From assembly GCA_963767925.1 (NCBI GenBank), contig CAVYGB010000008.1:3040001-3104000 (forward strand): a DNA stretch of 64,000 nt. Reading direction: 5' to 3'. The first letter of the stretch is position 1. Each line of letters begins with the position of its first letter. The translations under genes and the position numbers were made by a program. Of the stretch, positions 52,634 through 64,000 are shown in pieces. This DNA is from an uncultured delta proteobacterium. Lineage in GTDB: Bacteria; Myxococcota_A; Polyangia; Fen-1088. The notes under the pieces are model-generated. The model saw only the letters and a list, made by a program, of their open reading frames with translations, had not been told where the DNA came from and ran no database searches.

Positions 52634-53290
52634 CTATCCGCCGAGCTTCTTCTTCAGCTCGGCAAGGGCGTCGTCGACGGTTCGGTCTTCGGTCAAGGCC
52701 TGCAGCTTGCGGTCGGTCTCCCGGCGCTCGGGGGTCTCGCCGGACAGCTCCTCGGTCAAGCTGGCCTCCGCCTCCACGGCTTCGATCTTGCCGGACATCC
52801 GCTCGAAGTCCTCGAAGGCGGAGGTCTTGGTCGAGGTGGAGCTGCGCCCCTTGGAGGCGCGCGCCTTCTCCCGCAGCGTCCCCTGCCGCAGCTTGACCTC
52901 CTTGACCCGCGCCTCGAGCGCCTTGAGCCCGGCGGTAAGCTGGTCGACGTAGGCCTTCTGCTCGTTGAGGGCCTTCTCGGCCTCGAGGCGATCGGCCTCC
53001 TTCTCGGCCTTGCGCTTGAGGGCCTCGCGCGCGAGCACGTCGTCACCCGCCTTGACCGCCTTCATGGCGTGCTCTTCCCAGGTCTTGGCCTCGCCGATGA
53101 GCTGTTCGACCCGCTTGGCCTGCCGCTTCTCATCGGCCATGCACTGGGCGACCTCGGTGCGCGCCTGGCGGGCCGAGTCCTCCATGTCGAGGATCATCTG
53201 GTCGAGCTCCTTGGCAGGGTCCTGCATGGAGTCGATCATGTCGTTGACGTTGGACTTGACGAGGGTGGACAGCCTTCCGAGGATCCCCAT
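52634..53290 (-). CDS. pspA: PspA/IM30 family protein
   Basis: MGILGRLSTLVKSNVN...DPAKELDQMILDME, long coiled coil, AFEDFERM. Confidence 0.9.
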   Translation of the reverse strand: MGILGRLSTLVKSNVNDMIDSMQDPAKELDQMILDMEDSARQARTEVAQCMADEKRQAKRVEQLIGEAKTWEEHAMKAVKAGDDVLAREALKRKAEKEADRLEAEKALNEQKAYVDQLTAGLKALEARVKEVKLRQGTLREKARASKGRSSTSTKTSAFEDFERMSGKIEAVEAEASLTEELSGETPERRETDRKLQALTEDRTVDDALAELKKKLGG

Positions 53291-53372
53291 TTGGTGCGCG
53301 GCCCCTTTCCGGGATTGAGGATACATCCGGGGTCGCGCCCGAGCCAGCGACCGGGTAGGTTTTCAGCCGCCC

Positions 53373-54422
53373 ATGATCCTCTCGGACATCGCCGGCCAGG
53401 AGCACGCCCTCGCCGTGCTCAGGCGCGCCCTCGCCGCCGGACGGCTGGCCCACGCCTACCTGTTCGACGGACCACCGGGTGTGGGCAAGGCGCGCGCCGC
53501 GATCGCGCTGGGCCTGGCCCTGGCCTGCCCGGTGGCGCCCCGGGAGGGGTGTGGACGGTGCGAGACCTGCCAGCGCGTGCTGTCCGGGAACCACCCCGAC
53601 GTGCTGCGGTTCGACGCCGCCCAGCTCCCCGAGCTGGCCAAGGCCTCGAGCGAGAAGAGCGCCGTCAAATACGCCGCCCGCCACGTCTTCCCCTACGCCC
53701 TGCAGGCCCCCCACGAGGCCCCCGCCCGCCTGCTGGTGATCGACAGCGCCGACGAGCTGAGCCCCGACGTGCAGAACACGTTGCTCAAGACGCTCGAGGA
53801 GCCGCGCGCCGCCGTCCACATCGTGCTCGTGACGGCGGCCCGCGATCGGCTGCTGCCGACCATCCTGTCGCGCACGCAGCGGGTGCGCTTCGGGGCCGTG
53901 CGCGGCTCGGTGCTCGAGCAGCTCGCCGAGCGGCACGCCCTGGCCCCCGACCGGCGCAACCTGGCAGTCGCGCTCGCCGGCGGGTCGGTGGCTCGCCTGC
54001 TCCAGCTCGGGGCCGGCGAGGGCGGGGTCGGTCCCTGGGTGCAGCTCGAGGCCCTGCGCGAGGGGGCGGCCGGGGCGAGCGCGAGCGCCGTGTTCGAGAC
54101 CGCCGCCTCCCTCGGCGACAAGGAGGGCAAGCAGCGGCTGCCCGAGCTGCTGGCCCTGGCGGCGGGGTTCTACCGGGACGCGGTGGTGACGGCGGTGGGC
54201 GCGCCCGAGCTGGTGGTGCTGGGCGAGCGCGGCCCCGACATCGAGCGGCTGGCCGAGCGGGCCCGGACCGGCGGCGGGCTGCTGCGCCTGCGCCACGCCC
54301 TGCGGGCGGTCCTCGACGCCGAGGAGGCCCTGCGGGGCAACGTCAACGCGGTGGCGGCGCTCGAGCACCTCATGTTCGAGATGCGGGCCTGCGAGGGGCC
54401 GGCCGGGCGAAGCGGGCGATGA
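53373..54422 (+). CDS. holB: DNA polymerase III delta-prime subunit
   Basis: HAYLFDGPPGVGK, zinc motif C..CGRCETC, HPD, LLKTLEEP, LPTILSR. Confidence 0.9.
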   Translation: MILSDIAGQEHALAVLRRALAAGRLAHAYLFDGPPGVGKARAAIALGLALACPVAPREGCGRCETCQRVLSGNHPDVLRFDAAQLPELAKASSEKSAVKYAARHVFPYALQAPHEAPARLLVIDSADELSPDVQNTLLKTLEEPRAAVHIVLVTAARDRLLPTILSRTQRVRFGAVRGSVLEQLAERHALAPDRRNLAVALAGGSVARLLQLGAGEGGVGPWVQLEALREGAAGASASAVFETAASLGDKEGKQRLPELLALAAGFYRDAVVTAVGAPELVVLGERGPDIERLAERARTGGGLLRLRHALRAVLDAEEALRGNVNAVAALEHLMFEMRACEGPAGRSGR

Positions 54423-55072
54423 ACCTGGTGGACGTGCGGCTGGCGCCGGCCGGACGGACGGTCGAGCTCGACGCCGGCGAGCTGCGGCTGCAGACCGGCG
54501 AGCAGATCGTCGTCGAGGACGGGCGGGGCGGCACCCGACTGGCGGTGGTGGCGCTGCCGACCGGCTGGCGCACCCCTCCCGGCCCGGTCGGGCAGGTGCT
54601 CCGGCGGGCCGGCCCCGAGGATCTCGCCCGGGGCGCCGCCGGCGAGCGGCGCGATCAGCAGGCGCTCGAAGTCGCCCGGGCCTGCGCCCGCGACCTGGGC
54701 CTCGCGCTCAAGCTGTTCCGGATCGAGCGGGCGGCTGACGACGACCGCACGATCTTCTATCTCTCGGCCGACCGGCGGATCGAGCTGCAGGCGCTGGCCC
54801 AGGCCCTGGCCGCCCATTTCCCCGAGCGCCTCGAGCTGCGCCAGGTCGGGGTGCGGGACGAGGCCAAGGGGATCGGCGGCATCGGCTCGTGTGGGCGCGA
54901 GCTGTGCTGCACGACCTTCCTGCCACGTTTTTCGCCCGTCACACTCCCCATGGCCAGAGATCAGAATCTGGCCCTCAACCCGGTGCGGGTGTCCGGTCAG
55001 TGCGGCCGCCTCAAGTGCTGTCTGGTCTACGAGGAGGCGCAGTACCTCGAGGCCCCCGGCAAGCCGGGTTGA
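54419..55072 (+). CDS. PSP1-domain protein (RicT/YaaT-like)
   Basis: ELRQVGVRDEAK..GGIGSCGRELCC, SGQCGRLKCCL. ATGA overlap with holB. Confidence 0.9.
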   Translation: MNLVDVRLAPAGRTVELDAGELRLQTGEQIVVEDGRGGTRLAVVALPTGWRTPPGPVGQVLRRAGPEDLARGAAGERRDQQALEVARACARDLGLALKLFRIERAADDDRTIFYLSADRRIELQALAQALAAHFPERLELRQVGVRDEAKGIGGIGSCGRELCCTTFLPRFSPVTLPMARDQNLALNPVRVSGQCGRLKCCLVYEEAQYLEAPGKPG

Positions 55073-55087
55073 GGTAAGGTGGCGGGG

Positions 55088-57102
55088 ATGTCCGAGGTCT
55101 TCTACGTCACCACGCCCATCTACTACGTCAACTCGGTCCCCCACCTCGGCACCTTCTACACGACGGTGGTGGCGGACGCCCTGGCCCGCTTTCATCGGGC
55201 CCGCGACGCCGGCGGCCGCCAGACCTTCTTCCTCACCGGCCTCGACGAGCACGGCCAGCGGATCGAGCGCATCGCCCGCGAGCGCGGCCAGCCCCCCCAG
55301 GCCTACTGCGACGAGATAGCGGCCAAGTACCAGGCCACCTGGAAGCGGGCCGAGATCTCCTACGACAACTTCATCCGCACCACCGAGGAGCGGCACCGCC
55401 TGGCGGTGACGGAGATGTGGCGCCGCCTGGTCAACAAGGGCGACATCTACGCCGCCGACTATGAAGGCCATATACTGCGAGGGCTGCGAGGAGTGGAAGA
55501 CCGACGACGAGCTGGTCGTCGAAGGGGGGGTCAAGCTCTGCCCCACCCACCGGCGACCGGTGGAGAAGGTGAAGGAGAAGAACTACTTCTTCCGCCTGTC
55601 GGCCTACCAGCAGACAGCTGCTCGACCTCTACGCCGCCCACCCCGACTTCGTGCGCCCGGAGTCGCGCCTCAACGAGGTGCGCTCCTTCGTGTCCGGGGG
55701 CCTGCGCGATCTGTCGGTCTCGCGCATGTCGGTCAAGTGGGGCATCCCGGTCCCCGAAGATCCCAGCCACACCATCTACGTCTGGATCGACGCCCTCACC
55801 AACTACGTCACCGCCCTGGGCGGCCTGCGGGCGGTCGAGGAGGACGCGCGAGCGAGGGCCCTCTGGGCGGCCAGCCACCACCTCATCGCCAAGGACATCC
55901 TGCGCTTTCACGCCGTGTACTGGCCGGCCCTGCTGATGTCGGCCGGCTTGCCCACGCCGGCGAAGATCTTCTGCCACGGCTACCTCACCGTGAAGGGACA
56001 GAAGATCTCCAAGTCGATCCCCGCCACCCGGGTCGACCCCAACCTCATCGCCGACGACCTGGGGGTCGATCCCCTGCGCTACTTCGTGCTGCGCGAATAC
56101 ACCCTCGGCGCCGACGGGGACTTCAGCTACGAGGCGCTGCTGCAGCGGTACGAATCGGACCTGGGCAACGACCTCGGCAACCTGCTCAACCGGACCGTAT
56201 CCCTGGCCCGCCAGCTCCCCGACGCCCCCATCTTGCCCGCCCGCTCGCTGCACAAGGGGGAGCCCCAGACCGAGGAGGACCTCGGGCTGCAGGCGGCGGC
56301 GCTCACCGCCCTGACCGACGCCACCGCCGCCTGGGAGGACTTCGCCCCCGCCCGGGCCCTCGAGGCGACCTGGGGCCTGGTCCGGCGGGCCAACGCGTAC
56401 ATCGATCGGACCGCGCCCTGGAAGCTGTCCAAGGCGGCGAGCTGGGACGACCTCGGCCGCGTGCTGTCGGCGGCCTGCGAGGCCATCCGCCGGGCCGCGG
56501 TGATGGTGGCCCCCGCCATGCCGGGGGCGGCCCGGGAGATCCTCCGGCAGATCGGCCGCCAGGACGACTTCGGCCGCTGGCCCGAGCCCGAATGGAGCGG
56601 CTGGCCCGGCGGGTCGCTGGGCGACCCCCGGCCGGTCTTCCCCCGCTTCGACCCCGACCGGCAGGCGGCGCTGATCTCGAAGTGGGTCGGGGAGGCCGTC
56701 CCGGCCAGCGCGGCCGCGCCGGCGGCCGCGACCGGGACCGCCCCTGCCACCCCGGACGCCGCGCCGCCCGCGGGGGACGGCGCCGTCACCATCGACGAGT
56801 TCGCCCGGATCGATCTGCGGGCCGCCCGGGTCCTGACCGCCGAGCGGGTGCCAAAGACCGACAAGCTCATGAAGCTGATCCTCGATCTCGGCAGCGAGCA
56901 GCGCACCGTGGTCTCGGGCATCGCCGCCCACTACACCCCCGAGCAGCTCGTGGGGCGGACCGTCGTCTACCTCGCCAACCTCAAGCCGGCCAAGCTGCGG
57001 GGAGTCCTGTCGCAGGGCATGATCCTCGCCGCCAGCAACGATGGCGCGCTGGCGCTGGCGGGCGTCGACCAGGACATCCCGCCCGGCAGCAAGATCCGCT
57101 GA
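55088..57102 (+). CDS. metG: Methionyl-tRNA synthetase, two apparent +1 frameshifts (near 55467 and 55612)
   Basis: YVTTPIYYVN..PHLG, TGLDEHG, YVWIDAL, KDILRFH, KISKS, C-terminal tRNA-binding domain (LRGVLSQGM). Confidence 0.93.
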
Positions 57103-57178
57103 GTTTCCCCGAGGTATCGGGGCCCCCGGCCCTCCCGGCGCCCTTTGAGAGACCGGGCGAAAATGCTATTTACGGGTG

Positions 57179-58430
57179 ATGCCGTCAGCACGACCATCTA
57201 TCCCCGCGGGTGGCGAGGCCATCCGCATGAGCCAGTCCGGAACGCTGGAGGTGCCGGATCATCCCATCATTCCATTCATCGAAGGCGATGGCACGGGGCC
57301 CGACATCTGGCGATCGTCGGTGCGCGTGCTGGACGCCGCCGTGGCCAAGGAGTTCGGGGGCAAGAAGAAGATCGCCTGGACCGAGGTCTTCGCCGGCGAG
57401 AAGGCCAAGAACGCCGTTCGACACCTGGCTGCCCGACGAGACCCTCGAGGCCTTCAAGACCTACCTCGTCGGCATCAAGGGGCCGCTGACCACCCCGGTG
57501 GGCGGCGGCATCCGCTCGCTCAACGTCGCCATCCGCCAGGTGCTCGACCTCTACGTCTGCCTGCGCCCGGTGCGCTACTTCACCGGCGTCCCCTCGCCGG
57601 TCAAGCACCCCGAGAAGGTCGACATGGTGATCTTCCGCGAGAACACCGAGGACATCTACGCCGGCATCGAGTGGGCGGCCGAGTCGCCCGAGGCCAAGAA
57701 GGTCATCGACTTCCTGCCGAAGGAGATGGGGGTCAAGAAGATCCGCTTCCCCGCCACCACCGGCATCGGCATCAAGCCGGTCTCGCGCGAGGGCTCCGAG
57801 CGGCTGATCCGCGCCGCCTTCGACTACGCCATCAAGGCACAAGCGCAAGAGCGTCACCCTGGTCCACAAGGGGAACATCATGAAGTTCACCGAGGGGGCC
57901 TTCCGCGACTGGGGCTACGCCCTGGCCAAGCGGGAGTACGAGGGGCGCGTGATCGGCTGGGACGACTGCGGCGGCAAGCCCCCGCCCGGGCAAGTCTTGC
58001 TCAAGGACTCGATCGCCGACATCACCTTGCAGCAGGTGCTCACCCGTCCCGACGAGTTCGAGGTCATCGCCACCATGAACCTCAACGGCGACTACCTGTC
58101 GGACGCGCTGGCCGCCCAGGTGGGCGGCATCGGCATCGCACCCGGGCGGGAACATCAACTACCTCACCGGCCACGCCGTGTTCGAGGCCACCCATGGCAC
58201 GGCCCCCAAGTACGCCAACCAGGACAAGGTCAATCCGGGCTCGGTCATCCTCTCGGGCGTGATGATGCTCGAGCACCTCGGCTGGACGGGGGCCGCCCAG
58301 GCGCATCGTCAAGGCGCTCGAGAAGACGATCACCCAGAAGACGGTGACCTACGACTTCGCGCGTCTCATGGAGGGGGCCAAGGAGGTCTCCTGCTCGGAG
58401 TTCGGCAACCGGATCATCGCCAACCTGTGA
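57179..58430 (+). CDS. icd: NADP-dependent isocitrate dehydrogenase, four apparent +1 frameshifts
   Basis: [67 protein letters not shown]. Shifts near 57415, 57838, 58145 and 58300. Confidence 0.93.
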
Positions 58431-58491
58431 TCGAGACACCGGCCGGGATTCTCCGGACCCGGGGCTGACTTTGCGCTAACTTGGATCGAGC

Positions 58492-59487
58492 ATGCGGTGC
58501 TCGGTCTGTGGCGCGGAGACGGCCCCGGGGGCTCGGTTCTGCGCCGCCTGTGGTCAGCCTCTCGCCCAGGCGGCCGCGCCCACCCCGGTCCCACCCGCCC
58601 CGGTCCCACCGGCCGGCGCGGGCGCCCCCGCCGGCGCGGTCCCGCCCGCCCCGCCGGCCTACCTGCCCCCGCCGGGCACGGCGCTTCAGGTCAACCTCCA
58701 CCTCCCCCACGGCCTGCCCGCCCCCATGCAGCGGGGTGTGTATTGCGCCTCCTGCCAGCAGCGGACGGTGCCGGTCCCCTATTTCTCGAGAGGGATCAAC
58801 ATCGCCAAGCTGGCGGTGCTGCTCCCCTTCACCTTCGTGGGGCCCCTGCTCTTCTTCCTCATCCGGAAGGACCGGCTGGTCTGCTCCTGGTGCCGATCGC
58901 TGCTGCCCGGGGAGATGCCCCTGCCCCTGCTCGACGCCTTCGAATCGGCGCCGCCCGCCATCGCCGAGCGGCGGCTGGGCCTCCTGCCGGGCGAGGGGGC
59001 CATCGGCAACCGGGCCCAGGCCGGCCTGACCGACTGGCCCGGCAACGAGCAGGCGAGCCACGAGATCGCCCACCTCGAACGGCGCAGCCGCCGCAACCGC
59101 CGCCGATCCTGGAGCCTGGGGGCCGTCACCGCGATGATGACCGCTCTCGGCGGCATGGCGGCCAGCACGGGCGGGGCCGAGCCCTCGGTCTTCTTCTTCG
59201 CCATGGGCGGCCTGACCGGCGCCGGCGCCCTCGTCAGCTCGCAGCGCGGGAAGCGCTTCAGCGCCGAGGCCTCGGGCAAGCGCACCCGCCAGCGCGTCCT
59301 CGAGGTGCTGGGCCTGGCCCGGGCCAACGGGGGCCGACTCAACGTCACCCTGGTGGCCTCCCACATGTCCCTCGACCTGCGCGAGGCGGAGGCCCTGCTC
59401 GACGGCATGGTCGACGGCCGCCGGGTGGATGTCCATGTAGACGACCAGGGCCGCCTTACCTACGTCTTCCCAGAGCTTCAGCCCTGA
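58492..59487 (+). CDS. Zinc-ribbon membrane protein with C-terminal winged-helix-like region
   Basis: CSVC..CAAC, a second CASC-TM-CSWC pair, two further TM segments, LDLREAEALLDGMV. Confidence 0.7.
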   Translation: MRCSVCGAETAPGARFCAACGQPLAQAAAPTPVPPAPVPPAGAGAPAGAVPPAPPAYLPPPGTALQVNLHLPHGLPAPMQRGVYCASCQQRTVPVPYFSRGINIAKLAVLLPFTFVGPLLFFLIRKDRLVCSWCRSLLPGEMPLPLLDAFESAPPAIAERRLGLLPGEGAIGNRAQAGLTDWPGNEQASHEIAHLERRSRRNRRRSWSLGAVTAMMTALGGMAASTGGAEPSVFFFAMGGLTGAGALVSSQRGKRFSAEASGKRTRQRVLEVLGLARANGGRLNVTLVASHMSLDLREAEALLDGMVDGRRVDVHVDDQGRLTYVFPELQP

Positions 59488-59531
59488 CCTTCCGGCCCGG
59501 CGCATCTCTGCTATTGGCTTTTCCCGGTTGA

Positions 59532-61693
<2,162 letters not shown>

Positions 61694-61700
61694 AAGCGAC

Positions 61701-62573
61701 ATGGCCATTCTCGTCGGAAAGAACACCAAGCTCATCGTCCAGGGGCTGACCGGCTCGGCCGGGACGTTCCACGCCAAGCAGATGCGGGAGTATGGCACCG
61801 CCATGGTCGGAGGGGTGACCCCCGGCAAGGGCGGCACCGTGCACGAGGACTTCAAGGTCTTCGACACGGTGGCGGAGGCGGTGGCGAAGACCGGGGCCAA
61901 CGCCTCGGTCATCTACGTGCCGCCGCCCGGCGCGGCCGACGCCATCATCGAGGCGGCGGCGGCCGGCATCGAGGTCGTCGTCTGCATCACCGAGGGCATC
62001 CCCATCCTCGACATGGTGCGGGTCAAGCGGGCCCTGGCCGCCTACCCCAAGACCTTGCTGGTAGGGCCGAACTGTCCGGGGGTGATCACGCCGGGCGAGT
62101 GCAAGATCGGGATCATGCCCGGCTACATCCACACGCCCGGCCCGGTCGGCATCGTCTCGCGCTCGGGCACCCTGACCTACGAGGCGGCCCACCAGCTCAG
62201 CGCCCTGGGCATCGGCCAGTCGACCGCGGTCGGCATCGGCGGCGATCCGGTCAAGGGGTTCGACTTCATCGACTGCCTGGTGCGCTTCGAGGCCGACCCC
62301 CAGACCAGGGCGGTGCTGATGATCGGCGAGATCGGCGGCTCCTCGGAGGAGGAGGCGGCCGCCTTCGTGAAGAAGAACATGAAGAAGCCGGTGGCCGCCT
62401 TCATCGCCGGGGTGACCGCTCCCCCCGGCCGGCGCATGGGCCACGCTGGCGCCATCATCAGCGGCGGCAAGGGCGGGGCGGGCGACAAGATCGCGGCCCT
62501 GCGCGAGGCCGGCATCGCGGTGGCCCCCACCCCGGCCGAGCTCGGCAAGACCGTCGCTCCGCTCCTGCGCTGA
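61701..62573 (+). CDS. sucD: Succinyl-CoA synthetase alpha subunit
   Basis: [31 protein letters not shown]. Confidence 0.97.
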   Translation: MAILVGKNTKLIVQGLTGSAGTFHAKQMREYGTAMVGGVTPGKGGTVHEDFKVFDTVAEAVAKTGANASVIYVPPPGAADAIIEAAAAGIEVVVCITEGIPILDMVRVKRALAAYPKTLLVGPNCPGVITPGECKIGIMPGYIHTPGPVGIVSRSGTLTYEAAHQLSALGIGQSTAVGIGGDPVKGFDFIDCLVRFEADPQTRAVLMIGEIGGSSEEEAAAFVKKNMKKPVAAFIAGVTAPPGRRMGHAGAIISGGKGGAGDKIAALREAGIAVAPTPAELGKTVAPLLR

Positions 62574-62599
62574 ACCTCGCGACCGATAGAGGAAACGTC

Positions 62600-63019
62600 A
62601 TGGCCACTGAACGAACCTTCGGAATCATCAAACCCGACGCCGTGGCGAAGAACGCCGTCGGCGGCGTGATCTCCCTGATCGAGGCGGGCGGCCTGCGCGT
62701 CGTCGGCCTGCGCATGACCCGCCTCAGCCTGGCCCAGGCGGAGGGGTTTTACGCCGTACATCGCGAGCGGCCCTTCTTCCAGGCGCTGGTCACCTTCATG
62801 ACCTCGGGACCTGTGGTGCTCCTGGCGCTCGAGGGGGACAACGCGATCAGCCGCTACCGCGAGCTGATGGGCCCCACCGACTCGAAGAAGGCCCCCCCCG
62901 GCACCCTCCGGCAGAAGTACGGCACCGACATCGAGCGGAACGCCGTCCACGGCAGCGACGCCCCCGACACCGCCCGCTTCGAGCTCGGCTACTTCTTCAT
63001 GGGCCACGAGCTCGGCTAG
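62600..63019 (+). CDS. ndk: Nucleoside diphosphate kinase
   Basis: [24 protein letters not shown]. Confidence 0.97.
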   Translation: MATERTFGIIKPDAVAKNAVGGVISLIEAGGLRVVGLRMTRLSLAQAEGFYAVHRERPFFQALVTFMTSGPVVLLALEGDNAISRYRELMGPTDSKKAPPGTLRQKYGTDIERNAVHGSDAPDTARFELGYFFMGHELG

Positions 63020-63113
63020 CCGGCGCGATCCCGCGCACGCTCGGCGCAAGATCGCGCGGCGCGCTTACGCGCGGCGCGTGGTACCTTCAAGGGGTCCACC
63101 CTGGAGGTTCCCC

Positions 63114-63491
63114 ATGGTCCGGTACGCGTGCTTCTTCTCCGTGGCGCTGCTGCTGACGCTGATCCAGCCCGGGACGGCTGCCGCCGATGACGGCTTCCGC
63201 TGCGGCAGCGGCCGCCTGGTCAGCTCGGGCGACAACATGCACGAGGTCCTCAACAAGTGCGGCGATCCGGACTCGGCCGGCCAGCGGGTCGAGAAGCGCA
63301 CCCGCAAGGAGCGCGTGCGCCGCTGGGTGGGCGGGGTATCCGAGGAGATCACCGAGGAGCGCGAGGTCGAGGTGGTGCTCGACGAGTGGGTCTACGACCT
63401 CGGGCCGCGCCGCTTCATCCGCACCGTCACCTTCGAGAACGGCCGGGTGGTCTACGTCGAGGCGGGCCAGAAGGGCAGCCGCCGATCCTAG
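63114..63491 (+). CDS. DUF2845-like exported protein
   Basis: Signal peptide, FRCGSGRLVSSGD, KCGDP, EWVYDLGPRRF. Confidence 0.8.
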   Translation: MVRYACFFSVALLLTLIQPGTAAADDGFRCGSGRLVSSGDNMHEVLNKCGDPDSAGQRVEKRTRKERVRRWVGGVSEEITEEREVEVVLDEWVYDLGPRRFIRTVTFENGRVVYVEAGQKGSRRS

Positions 63492-63552
63492 CCGCCCCCG
63501 GCGCTGAACCCGGGCGGTTCGAGCGGCCAGACCGGCTATACTAGCCGGCTTC

Positions 63553-64000
63553 GTGGATCTGAGGTCTTTCACCCCCGCCGAGCTGGAGGCGCGCGTTCAA
63601 TCGCTCGGCCAGCCGATTTATCGCGCCGAGCAGGTGTTCCGCTGGCTGCACGGGCCGGGCGCCACCCCCCCGCCCGAGGGGGCCGAGGCGAGCGGCCCCC
63701 GATCCCTGCGGGGCAAGACCAACGTCCCGGCCGATCTGCGCGCCGCTCTGCTGGAGGAGGCCCCCCTCCTGCCGCTGACCCTCGAGGTGCACCAGCAGGC
63801 CCGCGACGGCACCCGCAAGCTCCGCTTCCGCACCCACGACGGGCGGGCCATCGAGTCGGTGCTCATCCCCGACGAGAAGCCGGAGCGGGGCAAGCTGACC
63901 CTCTGCATCTCGTCGCAGGTGGGCTGCGCCCTCGATTGCCAGTTCTGCGCCACCGCCACCCTCGGCTTCACCCGGCACCTGTCGCCCGGTGAGATCGTCG
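63553..64000 (+). CDS. rlmN: Radical-SAM rRNA/tRNA methyltransferase RlmN (partial, runs off the window)
   Basis: Translated by hand: YRAEQVFRWL, DGTRKL, IESVLI, TLCISSQVGCALDCQFCAT. Confidence 0.92.
   Translation, partial: MDLRSFTPAELEARVQSLGQPIYRAEQVFRWLHGPGATPPPEGAEASGPRSLRGKTNVPADLRAALLEEAPLLPLTLEVHQQARDGTRKLRFRTHDGRAIESVLIPDEKPERGKLTLCISSQVGCALDCQFCATATLGFTRHLSPGEIV

Noticed and set aside
53373..57102. RicT/PSP1 gene outside Firmicutes as a novelty
   Set aside because: The holB-ricT-metG order is a widespread, known arrangement.

Overview
Very GC-rich DNA, most likely from a Myxococcota bacterium (inferred from DUF1592/DUF1552 genes, a MYXO-CTERM-like tail, EGF-repeat lipoproteins, a TIGR02266-like PilZ protein and SctJ next to a sigma-28-like gene). 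A minus-strand tRNA-Arg(ACG) at 45689-45762 splits the window. To its right lies mostly core genome: TonB-dependent receptor, thrB, a three-gene T3SS-like fragment, pspA, holB-ricT-metG, icd-mdh-sucCD-ndk and rlmN. To its left lies an accessory, partly decayed region with an IS5, an IS3 remnant, gene fragments and tandem repeats. The best candidate for an undescribed system is at 1-12.4 kb. It holds at least three tandem paralogous coiled-coil/hydrophobic-hairpin genes and a DnaJ-domain gene coupled to a 1367-aa peptidoglycan hydrolase with four putative catalytic modules. Divergently transcribed are DUF2272, subtilase and beta-lactamase-fold hydrolase genes. None of these enzymes has a visible signal peptide, yet three unrelated ones share an N-terminal [DE]xFxxDL[FM]G motif followed by prolines, a possible export or cargo-loading tag. 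Caveat: single-base insertions in metG, icd and clpP point to sequencing indel errors, so pseudogene calls that rest on frameshifts alone are uncertain. All family assignments come from motif recognition by eye, not database searches.
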